64,000 bases of DNA from assembly GCF_024521635.1 (NCBI RefSeq), contig NW_026250441.1, positions 124,001 through 188,000 of the forward strand. The letters are read 5' to 3'. Position 1 is the stretch's first letter; each line of letters opens with the position of its first letter. A program made the position numbers and the translations under genes. Below the pieces are notes generated by a model. That model did no database searches. It was not told where the DNA came from and worked only from the letters and a program-made list of their open reading frames with translations. Shown in pieces: positions 1 through 12,452 of the stretch. The DNA comes from Tricharina praecox (lineage: Eukaryota).

Positions 1-1521
1 GAGACGGAAGGCATTCCTCTAGGGATAGGGAAAAGTGTATGATTTGTTTCGTGCTTCTGTTTCTTTTCTCCATTGAGCGCATACCATGATGCCACAGCCC
101 GTTCCAAGCCATGGAGATATAATTATACACCCTCTTCCCTCATTTTTGCTTTTTATGTTTCGAGTCGTGAGTCTGGAGTCTCGGATTGGAATGCACGATG
201 CAACTCCGTCACTGTCATATGACATCGCCAGCTGCAGCGTATGCAGCGTAGGAAGACCCCCACCGCCCTCTTTTTTCATCTTCTTTGCAATTACCACTGC
301 ATTCGACCTCCCTAGATCATGGTCAGTTACATAACCAGTCCCTCCCACAGTCCCACTCCTCATGTTCTGTGCCGAGGAAAGCGATGAGGCGTTAAACTGG
401 CTGGAGGAGTTAGTTGGGGGAAGGGACTTCGATGTGGGGATTTGAAAGACTGGAGGCATGTCGCGCGCGTTTTCCTTTTCCTGTTGACGTCTCCTTTCCA
501 TCTTTCTTTCTGTCTCTTTCTGTGTGTAGACGGACTGGGCAGAGAGCAATAGGGAACCCCGTCGAGCTCGCGGCCAGTGGCCAGCGTTCGGAAACAGTAG
601 GGTGGAACCGGATGTGTGTACGGCATAGGTACAGCCATGATCTGCTAAGGTCGAATGCTACCTACTAGGATGAAATCAGAAAATAATCTTCATGTTTTGT
701 TTCTCCATTGTTTGCATGCGCCCGATCTACCGTAGATCATGGTAATGGGTATACAGCGTACCCACTCCTGAGTCCTCATGTGCCGGCGCCACCCGATCCA
801 CCAACCCCACTACCCCATCTCCGAGTGACCGCTGATGCGGGATCACCCGGAACCGCCCCGCATCTTCCCGCAGAGTAGCAGAGTAGCAGAGTAGAGAAGC
901 ACAGTGACATCACCCTGCAGACTGCGTCGATCTTCAAACGTCGATCTTCAGCCTCGTATTCCCCCGCAGCGCATCATTCACTTTCGCGCATTCCTCGCTC
1001 GTGAGTCGTTACACCTGATTTCGATTCCTGAGGGCGGAAACGAGTTCCGGCCGGCCGATGGTGCATTTTCAGATGCATACCTTCGTAGATATGTGTGGAA
1101 TAGATGGAGGCGTCTCCGCAATGTTCATTCCGACAGTTCTCTGCGGTGGGTACTGGGTTTACATGTCACGGAGATTTCTCGAGATCGCGGTACTAGTAGT
1201 TGCGTACTTCGGTGCAATCACTCTTTACGGTATCATGTATTTTCTTGTCTAATCACCATCGCATCCGACCTTAGTACTCTACATACCTAGATCAAGGCCG
1301 ACACGGTACCATGGTTGAAGCGACAGATCTCACGGATCTCACGCACTCGTACATACGCGAGTGAAAGCAGCAGTAGCAGTAGGCACTTGGGTAGACAGAT
1401 GAAAAATAATTATAACCGACCGACCGAAAACTGCCTACCCCAACCAGCTAGATAGGTTCCAACAAAAAAACGCCCGCTCAAAAAAACCATAAACATACAC
1501 AGCTACGGAGATGGCGGGAAA

Positions 1522-3012
1522 CTACCATCCCATAATCTCATTCCCCCTCCAGACCGCCTCCCTCGCGCCCTCCGTCATGTCCTCCTGCACCTCCCACCCC
1601 TCCCCCCCCATCCCCATCTCCCTAGTCCCAGCCGTCTCCCAATCCACCTTCCCGACAAACTTCCCCTCCCCCACAGCCGGATTCCCGGCGCCCGGAAAAT
1701 CCGGGGGCACCTCTCCCGCCAGCGCCGCATCCTTCTGCCTCCTGAGGGCCTCCACATTCCCGGGGGTCAGCGGGGTGGCGGGGATATAAAACACGCTGCT
1801 ATCCGCGCGTCCCGCATGCGTTTTATCAACGGCATGAATCGCATCACAATGCCAGGCGACAAAATCACCGGGCGCCACTTCGGGGATCGAGACCATTCCC
1901 TCCTGCAGCCTCAACCCGGGGTGGTTATCGGACGAAAGCTCCTGGCACGCGCCCATCGCGGCGCCCTCGAACCCCGTGCGAGCCGGGTCCACCCGTCCAT
2001 CCTCGCCAATAAACGGGCGTAGCATCCAGTATGCCGTCGCCTCCTTCAGCGCGGGGAACAAGCGCAGCGTGCCCTCGCCCGGCGCCGTGTTCGACAGCGA
2101 CAGCCACCCCTGCCACATCCGGAACATGCTGGCGGCGCCCGCGCCATTGTACATATCCATGTTTGCGCGCACGCGGTGCGTGGCGTCGTAGGCGTCGTGC
2201 GACTCCCACTGCCCGGACAGGATGCGAGAGTAGTTGGCCCGGTACACGGGGTCCTCCCAGCGCTCGAGTGAGCCGCCGTCCACGTGCGGGCCGAGAGCGA
2301 AGCCGGAGTCGCCCGGGAGGCGGATGCGAAGGCGGTCCGCGTAGGTGAGCGGGTGTTGCGTGGAGATGGGAGTGCTGGGCGAGGAGTGCCAGAGGCTCTG
2401 GAGGAAGGATTGCGTGCGGAGGATGTTGGGGTGCGAGCGCGCGGCGACTTGTGCGGGCGACCAGTAGAGCTCGTAGACGGCGGGGGAGGCCGCGGGGAAG
2501 GCGCGCACGGAGGAGGCGTTGGACCGGATGTATTCCTGCGATGAGGACTTGAGGAAGAGTGCGAGGGACGGTGGAAGGACGTTGCGGATGATGACGCTGC
2601 CGCGCGCTTTGATCTCGGCGAGGGTGGCGGCGGGGAGCGGCGAGGAGAGCGCGGAGAAGTCGATCGACGGGATGATCTGCGGTTGTCAGTAGGTGCGGGT
2701 GGTTTGGGTCGGTGGGTGGCATACACTCGGCCCTTTGGCACGGATCTCGTCGATTTCTCGGTCGAGGACGGGCAGTAGTCGTCGCCACGAGTCCTGGATT
2801 GCGTTCTCCCGTCCGGCAACGAGACTCCGCTTCAGCTCGGCGAAGCGCGGTGGCAGTGGCTGCGCTTTTGCGCCGTTGAGCGATGGAAAGACGGAGCTGA
2901 TGTCGCCCATCGCCTTGGTGCGGCTGTGGTTAACGGCTGCGATCGTGCCGACATGTCTTCGTGTGCGGACGGCCGCTCTGGCCGAGTTCGAGAGTCGAGT
3001 GGTTGAGAGCAT
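1522..3012 (-). CDS. DUF1479 (YbiU/Gig2-like) putative Fe(II)/2-oxoglutarate-type oxygenase, 2 exons (3012-2725, 2676-1522), about 480 aa
   Basis: ATG at 3012. A 48-nt phase-0 intron 2724-2677 (GTATGC...CTGAC...CAG) joins GDISSVFPSL...LPPRFAELKRSL to IIPSIDF...YELYWSPAQVAARSHPN...YADRLRIR...LGPHVDGGSLERWED...FRMWQGWLSLS...PGDFVAWHCDAIHAVD, motifs typical of DUF1479. The Arg/Ser-rich, acid-free N-terminus resembles a mitochondrial presequence. Confidence 0.9.
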
Positions 3013-4398
3013 CGTGGTACGGGTATGGTATCGACCGGTGATGGGCTTTCGGAACAGATGGGTTGGACGGACTGGACAGTGGACAGATGACGCCCTTATT
3101 ATAGACTTCGCACTGCTCAGCCGCCCTCGCGACACAGCTCGCCCTCCCATCCGGCAACTACGCACTTCCTCGCTCCGCTGTGGTGGTACGGAACGAAAAT
3201 GGCTGCTTGGTCCCGCTCGCCACGGGCCAGAACCTGTCCTGCGAGCTGCGAACAATCGTTTCCTGATCGGGTGATCTATGCTCACGGGTGCCACACGCAG
3301 GTTTCCCCACCGAATGGGTGTGGTGGGCTGGTTCAAGGTTGGCATAGGGGGAAGGCGTCAGATGAGAGATGACCGGCGTATCCACCTAACCACTTTGCAC
3401 TCTTACTTCCTCTGCTCGTGCCCTTCGTGTAGAGTAGGCAGACAAGGACAAGGGGCTGCAGAACGAGATGGGCGCCGTCCACCAATATACCCCGCGGCGC
3501 GCACAATGTCGTCTCCGAAGTTGGAGTACGTGCAATATACACGGCCAAGCACTTACGTAGACACTTACTCAGGCATCCGTTCTGTCTCGCCGGCTGTGAC
3601 GTGCGGGACGGCGAGTGAGCACGCGTGAAGTGGCCTCGACCGCCGAGGCGATTATAGGCTAAACCGCTCCGGTGCACAAGCGAGCAGAGATTGAATGCGC
3701 CTCTGAATAGCATCGCCACCTTCTCTTCTCGCTGGAGAGCAGCCATTCAACCACGCATGCAGGCGCGGCAGCAGCACTCTACTGGCACGCATACCGGTAT
3801 CTCAATACCGAAGTACTCTAGGCCGGGCGGACGGGCGGACGGACGAGTCTTTTCCCATATTGCCGTCCACCGTCGTTGCAGCACCCATTCACACTCCATC
3901 TCGCACATCCCTCGCCCTCGGTCGTCATACGGACATCGCCTGCACAGTGCGCGCACACACATTCTCTCTCATCCTCTCGAGTCTCGGCTCTCTCGTCTCG
4001 ATTTCCGTACGTGATCGATTGAGCCGCTGTGGAAGCGTTGCCCGATGCGGCAATGCAAAGCAATCCCCACCACTCCCGCTCCCCTCCTGCTGCCCGCCCC
4101 CCCATCCCAGTCCCCGTCCATCCCGACCACAGCAAATCCATCACAATCCCCACCCCTCCCCCACCGCCTTTGCCCCCGACCCAACTGACTTGGTCAAATC
4201 TACCAGTCGAACACACCGTCTCAGCCCGCTTCCCGTAGCGCCGGCTACGTGCAGAAGATTTACTTCCCCATCCAGCAACAAAACTTCCCCCGCACTTCAC
4301 ACCACGGACGGAAGAAAAAAAAAAAAAAACTTCCCCCCCCCATCCCAGACAGAAGCGTGTCGGAAGGCGAGGAACACGCATAGTCGCATCCAGAGAAG

Positions 4399-6538
4399 AT
4401 GGCTACCGTCGTTTTCGCCGCCAATAACGAATCCTACCGCAAACGCCGTCGCGCTCATCGCGCTTGCGAACAGTGCAAACGACGCCGCGTACGTCTGTCC
4501 GTCTTGCCTGCCCCCCTCCTGTCCTTTCCTGCCCCTTCCTGCCCCTCCCCCCCGTCGGGGCTGTCCCGGTCAGCTTCCGTTCCGTCGTCTTGACAGTTCT
4601 TCTGTCTCCGTCCGCCTGCTCGTTCTTCCGTCCGATCCGTCTCGGTGCTGTGCTGACTGTCCTCCCCCGGCCAGCGCCGCTGCGAACCCCCCTTCGAGAA
4701 CCATGACCGCTGCGCCGGCTGCACCCGGGATGGCATCGCATGCAGGTATATAGATACTCCACTCTTGGATGCCGTACCGATCCCCATCGTCGTCGTCGTC
4801 GCCGCTAATCATCGCCACCGCCAGTCTCGTGATCCCATCACCCTCGCCGAACCCTAACCCGCTGCTGCCCCTCACCCCGCCGCCGCCGCCGCCAACGCCG
4901 CCGGGTGACCATCCCGAGGCCTCGACTCGGCCGCGCTTCGTGGGCGACCTCAACCCCGAGTCCGTTTTCCTGACGTCCGCGGCGGTGCCGCAGCAACGGG
5001 ATCTCGCGGAATGCGGCGTGTGGGCGGTTCCCTCGCCGACGTCGCCGCAGCCACCGCCGCAGCACCACCAGCACCACCAGCAGCAGCATGTGCACCACCA
5101 GCAGCAGCACCACCAGCAGCACCGCCAGCACCAGCATAATCCCCACATACCGCCTCACCTGCCACGAGCGTACCTCACCTACCTCGACTCGATAGGCGCG
5201 TTCTCGTTGCCAACGTTACGCGCGCGGGAAGCACTCGTCGGTATCTTCTTCGAGTGTGTGCAGCCTTTGCTGCCACTACTGGATGAACCGGTGTTCCGCG
5301 ATCAGCACGCGAAGAGCACCGTCAGCATACCGCTTCTGCACGCGGTGCTGATGGTTTCCGCGCGATATCCGAATGCGGCTCGCTACCTTCCCGCCGGGGT
5401 GTCGGCACGGAGCTTTGCGCAGAGCACGGCCGACAAGGTGGAGGCGCTGCTGCATGGGGGCGTCGAGCGGGAGAGGCTGACGCTGGTGCGCATCCATGCG
5501 CTGCTGGCGTTTCACTCCGAGGGGCCGAGCGGGAACGAAATCGCCAGCCTGCACCTTTCCACCGCCGTGCACCACGCCTACTCCCTAGGACTGCACCTGG
5601 ACCGGCGCGTCATCAACCGCGAGGAGCTGCGGCTGTGGTGGGTACTGTGGGCGCTCGACGCACTGCAAGCCAGCCTGTGCGGGCGTCCCGTCGGCGTGCG
5701 ACGGGAAGACGTGTCCGTCCCCACGCCGGAGCAATGGGGCGAGCGAGGGCTCTTCGTTGCGGCAATGACCATCGCCGACGTGCTCACCGACGTCATCAAA
5801 CTCTACCGACCGGGCAACACGGTCTCGGGCTGGGAAGGCCCATGGATAACGCTCGAATCGCTCCTCCCGCCGGGCGGCGACACGGGCGTAGCAGCCAACA
5901 CCCTGCGGCTGTTCTACCACGCCGTCACGATCCTCTCCTACCGCTCCTCGTTCGCCTCCTCCTTCGTGTCCACCCACACCTCGGCCTCCTACGCACGGCG
6001 CATGTCCTCAGCACACGCCATCCTCGCCCTCTTCAGCGCCCCAAACAACAACCCCTTCCCCCCGCTTCCAGTAGTCCCGTACGCCGTCTCGCTAGCACTA
6101 ACCTCGTTCTTCTCCGCCCTCCGCGCCGACCCGGACTCCCCCCACACCGCGGAATACAAATCGTCGTTCCTGCGCGCCTGCTCCATCCTCGAGGAGCTGA
6201 GCACGTACTGGTTTTTCGCCGGTGCGATGGCCGCCATGGGGCGGCAGGCGATCGAGCGAATGGCGGTGAAGGAAGCTGCGGGCGTGCTGCGCGTGCTCAG
6301 TGGCAATGCGGGCGAGGAGCAGACTGTCAATGTCGGCGACGCCGGTGGCGGCGAAGACGGCGTCGAGGCGTGGTTCCTCCAGCTGTTTCCCGATTTGGCA
6401 CTGCCGACAGGACTCTTTGGCAATGGAGCGGGCGATGCCGTCGGCGCGTTGGGGTGGGAGGAGCCGGTGCAGGGAGCTGGGGCGGGGATGGGCGCGGGTG
6501 TGGGGGCGGGTGCGGGGGTGGGGTGGGGGGGTTATTGA
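4399..6538 (+). CDS. Zn(II)2Cys6 binuclear-cluster transcription factor with fungal-specific TF (Fungal_trans) middle domain, 3 exons (4399-4488, 4675-4745, 4825-6538), about 624 aa
   Basis: Splicing GTACGT(4489)...GCTGAC...CAG(4674) and GTATAT(4746)...GCTAAT...CAG(4824) reconstitutes RACEQCKRRRRRCEPPFENHDRCAGCTRDGIAC (six Cys). Downstream are FFECVQPLLPLLD, AVHHAYSLGLH and RLWWVLWALD...GRP motifs, plus a His/Gln tract. Confidence 0.92.
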
Positions 6539-6936
6539 GTGCGGATGGGATGGGCTGTGGGTGCGGAGGGGTGTAGGCTGTAGTGGGATGAGTGTATTTT
6601 ATGGTGATCGAAACCGAGATGGAAATGATGATGAAGCTATGGAATGGTGCCTATCATAATGTGGACAAGTATTGCGAGTACATAATGTGTGATGTGTTGA
6701 ATGGGAAGGCGGAGGTAGTATAGCGACTTATGCTTTCTATACACATGATCCACGACTCGTTTCCTCTCATGTTACGCCACACCGCCACACTGCGCCACAC
6801 ATGCGGCTCCCACCAAAGCCACGTGTAACACCTCCACCTAAGCTCCGCGTCAGCTCCATCCATTCCCCAGCACAGCTCCACCTTCCACCACCACCACCGC
6901 ACCCATCACCGACTGGCCACAATCACCAAACCCACC

Positions 6937-7905
6937 ATGCTGTTCAACTTTTTCCGGCTCGCCGCCGACTTCTGCCATCTCGCGTCGAAGGCGATCCTGC
7001 TCGTGACGATCCACAAGCACCGCAGCGCCGAGGGTGAGCCCGACTGATCTCGCATACCCCCTCCCGTGCTGCATCATGCTAACATCCACTTTCCACCAGG
7101 CGTCTCGCTGCTAACCCAAGCGCTGTACACGCTCGTCTTCTTCACGCGCTACCTCGACCTGCTGTTTACGCCCCCGTTCATGCAGCCGTACAACACGATC
7201 TTCAAGATAACCTACATCTTCTCCTCTTTGTACACAGTCTACATCCTCCTGCGCGTCTTCCCACGCTCCCGCGAATCCGAATCGCAGTGGAAACTAGCGA
7301 TCTACCTCCTGGCCGGCTCCGCGGTCTCCGCACCAATCTTCCAATACTTCTTCTCGCGCGGCGCCGGCAGCTGGTTCCTAATTGAGACGCTCCGGGACTT
7401 CAGCCTGATCCTCGAGTCCGTCGCGGTTTTACCGCAACTAACCCTTCTCGCGCACACCTCCGTGCCCACAGTGCTGAATAGCTACTACCTCCTGGCACTG
7501 GGCTCCTACCGCGCGCTATACATCCCGAACTGGATTTTACGCGCGCTCGACCCCAAAGACCAGTTCCAGGAGCCCGTAGCGGTGCTCTTCGGGATCGTGC
7601 AGACGCTGCTGTACATCGAGTTCGCGTGGATCTACTGGCGCCGGCAGAAGGTGAAGCTGCGCGGCGGCGGGGGCGTGCTCGATGGCGAGGAGTTTGCGCG
7701 CGGGCTTGTTCTTGGAAGGTTGATTGGTGGGGGCGTCGGGAAGACGGCGCGCGGAGGGCAGACCGGGGGCGGCTGGAGGGGAGGCGGGATTAGTGTTTCC
7801 GCCGATGACTTTGTTGTTGATGAGGAGGAGAGTGATGATGAGGAGTTGCAGCTTGAGAGGGAGGATGACGCGGAGAGGGGCCTGATTGAGGGCGGGAGAG
7901 CGTAG
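6937..7905 (+). CDS. ERD2-like ER lumen protein-retaining (HDEL/KDEL) receptor family protein, 2 exons (6937-7033, 7100-7905), about 300 aa
   Basis: MLFNFFRLAADFCHLASKAILL...SAEG|VSLLTQALYTLVFFTRYLDL...FSLILESVAVLPQL...YLLALGSYRALYIPNW match ERD2 family motifs. Intron GTGAGC(7034)...GCTAAC...CAG(7099). Confidence 0.9.
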
Positions 7906-8911
7906 TGGGGGGTGGAGGGCGGTGGTGGAGAGGGGATTGGAGGGATGGTGGGATGGGATGAACAAGGGATTTGGATGTTTTTTTGATGAGGAAATGGAGC
8001 ATGGTTTATGTAACTGCGATAGCAAGCATCGGACGCGAGTGATGACAAGATCCCGCCAGCTCTTAAGCATCCTCACTTGGGGACCAGGGTCCAGTAACGA
8101 CGGGTGTGCGAGTAATGATCGGGGTAAAGAAAACTGGCAGTAAAGACGTAAGCCGAGCTCGGAATCAAGCGATACATTCGTCGCAGCCGGTACTGTGATC
8201 ATAGAGTATCACTCGGGTCTCAGTGCTTTGCTCACCCGTTGATGTCTTCAAACAGGAGAAGGAGCAAGCAGCGGCGCAGCGGCACAGTAACGAGCCCTAT
8301 TAGAGCTGTGTCTTCAGGCGAGGGTTGGTAGGAACCGCCGGGTGAGAAATCGCCAGTCTTGATAGGCCGTTTGCGGCAATGAGTTGATGTTCCCTGGTGG
8401 GAGGGAGGGAGATAGAGGGAGGCATGGAAGGAGCAAGTCCGAGAAATACACCTGTATTAGTCACAGCAGCTCTCCACGGAGTTACGGGCAACTATAGTAG
8501 TAAATACCGGATCCGGGACCGGAAATACCGAGGCCGCCAGTTGTTGGCATGCGGTCTTGCGGTCGGTCAATATGCCAATTTGGGGATGCGGAATAGGTCC
8601 GTCCTGTGCTGACGGTCCACTGATGGGCAGGTGGAGTTAACGTACATTCCATCAGTATTGGCGTATGTACAGCTGCATCCATTAGTATCGAGCAACTGGG
8701 CGGGTGGTGAAGTAGATTATCTAGGTGCAGCGTCCGCTGAGTTGAAGCACTCCATGAGTCCATGGCTGGAGTGATGATAACGGTAGGTAGTGGATTGAGT
8801 TACTGCCGCGAGGGGGACGGAAGGGTTGTTTAAGCATCATCGCACTCCACCTTCGTACGTAGATCATGGCAGCGAGGCACGCACCACTTCATAATTTCCG
8901 AATTCGCATAT

Positions 8912-9070
8912 CCAGCACGGAAAAACCCCCGCGTGGTCTAGTGGTTTAGACTAGGCAATCGGCGAGGGGAGTCAGGTCTAAAGCTCCGGGTTCAACCCAG
9001 GTCGACGAACTTTATATTCAGCTCTTGGGGTTTCCAAGCCACTCGCCGGGGGTGGTGGTGGTTTTTGTTT
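8912..9070 (+). ncRNA. tRNA-derived Pol III-type cassette (SINE head or small ncRNA), unit U0
   Basis: A box TGGTCTAGTGG 8934-8944 and B box GGGTTCAACCC 8988-8998, then hairpins CTTGG-ggttt-CCAAG and CCACTC-gccgg-GGGTGG, then TTTTT 9062-9066. No acceptor stem can be formed, so this is not a canonical tRNA. Confidence 0.5.
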
Positions 9071-9927
9071 TGGGCTTGAGGGTGGGAGCATACGCTATCA
9101 CTCGGTATGTGGCAAGTGACCCCACGCGCGGCTGGTTTTTTTTTGCAATGCTTTCGTAAACCTGGGAGGAGGTAGTAAGCTTGAGGCAACTCGCTCACAG
9201 CACTGGCTTTATAATATCTCCAGCCTCCGCTTGTCTTATCATACTCAGAACCTAGGATTTGTCGTCACAGGTGAGCTCACCGGCTTTCTATACTTTTGCT
9301 TGTGTCGGCCCGAGGCGGATGGGTAGGGGAACTGGTGCGCCGCATGGGACTGGTCTGTACCGGGGCTTTCACCTGGACTGGCCACGGCAGACAGGAAACG
9401 GAGGCCGTGGGTTCGCCATAGTCTAGAGAGGCTGCATGCGAAATAAAACAGGAAGATCTCTCTCTATCTCTCTCTCCAACACAGGGGTAAGCAAGCAGCA
9501 GCCCAGCAGCGAACTGCTCGGCAGCAGTGTATTCAGACGGAGCCGGTAGGAAATGGCGAATAAGATTCAGGAAATCGTGATGGTCGTGACAGCCGTTTGC
9601 GACAATCAGTTGGTTTTCCCAGGAGGGAGGGAGGGAGGGAGGCGGCGCGCAGCGGAAACTAAGCTGTGCGCGGGCGAGAGGTGTTCCCTCCCTTATTTAG
9701 TCGGAGTAAAGAGATAGCTAGTCATACCTACTATACTCATGAACTATTGGCCTGCCGTCCAGTGATCGGTGGCTATGAGATGAGGAATACGTCCGGTGCT
9801 GTGCTGAAGGTCCACCTTTACACATGTGGGGATAACTTATAAGACTCCATCAGTGTATAGCTACGGTATTGACTATCCCGGGACGGGGTGGCACACACCA
9901 CTTCATAATTTTCAAAATCAAGTCTCT

Positions 9928-10086
9928 AGCACGGAAAAACCCCGCGTGGTCTAGTGGTTTAGACTACGCAATCGGCGAGGGGAATTGAGTGCAAAGTGCC
10001 GGGTTCAAACCAGATCAACGAACTTTGTATCCAGCTCTTGGGGTTTCCAAGCCACCCGCCGGGGGTGGTGACGGTTTTTGTTTTTG
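9928..10086 (+). ncRNA. tRNA-derived Pol III-type cassette, unit U1
   Basis: A box TGGTCTAGTGG 9947-9957, B box GGGTTCAAACC 10001-10011, same two hairpins, TTTTT 10075-10079. Confidence 0.5.
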
Positions 10087-10766
10087 GCAAGACGGGTGCA
10101 ACATTGGTTCTCACTCGGCAACTGACACACCTTGCGCTGCCGGTTTTTTTCATGTTCAAAGAAACGACTCATAGTCAGACCGAAGTACTCATTTCCAAAA
10201 GTGTTGTCCTAGATGTGATGCAATTTGGTGCGTACAGTTCAGTTGCAACATGTAGATGAATAAGGTGGACTTTGTCCGGTAGGAAGGGCTGCTATAGTTG
10301 CTTCTCGGACGTTTGCCTTCTACCATCTTCACGCGTGAGCTGGTTACATACGCTGCCGGCCCGAGTCATGTATCCGGGAGTAGGTAGTACACGTGAGCCA
10401 GCTCGCCCACAGCGCTGGCTTCATGATATATCTGCAGCCTCCGCTAGTCGTACTCGGAACCTGGAATTTGTCGGAATAGGTGAGATCGCCGGCTTTCTAT
10501 ACAGGATCGGGGCTGGAGAGATTGTAGGTGTGTCTTCCATTGAATAGATACCGCCGGATCGCTAGATAAAACCACTTCTTCCGTGCTCATATCATCCCTC
10601 CCACATCATCCTTCTCTAGACTTCCAAACACCTCACGAACACAATAAAAACCTCCAGAACACATCACACACAATCAAAACCTTCAGCGCCCATCACCGCG
10701 GGTCTTTCGAACTCTTTCTAGACTCGGTACCCTTTTTCAACCAACTACCCTCAAAACACAAACGCA

Positions 10767-10922
10767 ATGGGTGGCAGAACGTCACAGAGTCGCGTTTACT
10801 TGTGGAGATGCGACAATTGCTCGCACAGTAACAGCATGAACTCCCGGACGTGCGAGCAATGCGACAAGCGCTGTTCGCGCAGAGCCTGGGTCTCACACTG
10901 TGAGGCCGAGTTGAAATATTAG
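10767..10922 (+). CDS. RanBP2-type zinc-finger microprotein, copy 1 (51 aa)
   Basis: Hand translation: MGGRTSQSRVYLWRCDNCSHSNSMNSRTCEQCDKRCSRRAWVSHCEAELKY*. Exact W-x-C-x2-C-x3-N-x6-C-x2-C. A/C-rich leader CAAAACACAAACGCA-ATG. Frame conserved in 3 paralogs. Confidence 0.72.
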   Translation: MGGRTSQSRVYLWRCDNCSHSNSMNSRTCEQCDKRCSRRAWVSHCEAELKY

Positions 10923-12452
10923 ACTTACTAGTAGGGCGCGCTAGGGATAGCGTCTTCCCTGGATGGGCGGTCTGCGCAGGTTTGGGTAACTTTCTCTGTT
11001 AGGTTTGCGGGTATTTCTGTTGCGTTCGATGGTTTTTTTTAATGTCTTTCGTGTTGAAATTCCTTGCTGTTGTTAGATGTTGCACGCTTGAGTGCTGGGA
11101 GTCTGACTTTCTTGTTTCTTGGTGTGTACATAGGTCGCTTCCTCATATCCGTCTTCTGACGTGCCGATTGTGCATGTTTCCAGTATCAATCTTTCCTGAT
11201 TTTCCAAACGTTTTGAATTCCATGTTTCTACAATAGTGACAGTTATGGTTCCGGATTTCTGCAGATATCGAATTGGGTGGTAGGCTGCTAAGCAGCAACG
11301 GACAGTGGTGGTCGAGCTTTCTCTCGACCCGTGGAGCTGGCAGGAAAAGTCGGGGCGTTGGTGGTCGCCACAGTCTATTCAACGAACTGATGCCATATCA
11401 TATACGGCTGCGAGTTTCTATAATGATACATGTATGCATCTCGTGTGAGTTTTTGTCGATACATACCGGCGGCCAACCATAAGCAGGCCGGCTGCTAACC
11501 CCTCGAGGGTCCTTTACTATCCACCTTGCATTTTAAACGCCTTTCTCCCGGAGTTGAGGAAACTCGGTGGTCAATTCAAGATGGCTTCAAGGCCGTTTGG
11601 CAACCCACTTCCCATTACCGCAGGAAGAAATTTTGCTGTATTTGCGCTTTTCTTGAAATCTACGAAGCCATGTAACCCAGTTTTTTAAAATGTGGGTTTG
11701 ATTAAAGTCTTCACCATACACACCAACAAGCTGCCGAAGGTAGAGTCCGCAGTTTTTTGCTACCGTAGGTCTGAAATGTAATTAACACCGCCTACTTTTG
11801 CCAAAAGAAATCTCAAAAATCGCTTTTTATTACCCGCTTTGTAATTAATTCGATTTTTTCATCAATTTTATACCCCATTGACTCAATGAGTCCCCTGCTA
11901 TACGGTAAAATTGACTTCAGGTGGGACTAGCAGAAAATGTCGGGCAAGAAGTCGCCACAGTCTTGACAGGCCGTTTTGACCGTTAGTTGATGTTCCCATG
12001 AGGCAGGGAGGAAGGGAGGAAGGGAGGGAGGAAGGGATAAAGGAGTGGAGCAAGATCAAGACTTCGCACCTCCAATCCCATCGTCCGAAGTAGGTAGCCA
12101 AAGCAGCTCTCAAGTCTCCACTGACAACCAGTAAATACCGGATCCAGGACCGGGTACATGAAGGCCATGCATCGTGTTATGGTGCGGGCGTCGCGCAGTG
12201 AGCGGAGATCAAGCTAGGGCCTTGTGAGTGAGGGTGGGGGGTGTTCTCTCACTCCCTCACTCGCTCGTTTAGCTGAGGCCCGGGAATGAAGAGATACCTT
12301 ATAACCATGGTTAAGCACTACCTCTTTAATACGCTCTACTTGTATCGCCGGGACAGGCCAGGACGTAGGGTAGGGGAGGCCACACCTGGTCGCCGGCTGC
12401 AGGTTGAGTTACGCGGGGCACCTATCACTTTATCATTTTCGAATTCATGTAT

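Noticed and set aside
19..549. 176-aa minus-strand ORF
   Set aside because: No recognisable domain; overlaps low-complexity and short repeat fragments.
1925..6576. Long alternative-frame and antisense ORFs (e.g. 1925..2788, 2046..2819, 3860..4753, 5635..6576)
   Set aside because: Shadows of GC-rich real genes or their UTRs and introns.
8927..9005. Functional tRNA gene
   Set aside because: A and B boxes are present, but the 5' CCCCGCG has no complementary 3' acceptor strand and no clear anticodon arm is shared among copies.
9035..9050. Resemblance of AAGCCACYCGCCGG to a segment of fungal 5S rRNA
   Set aside because: Only about 14 nt, recalled from memory; flanks do not resemble 5S.
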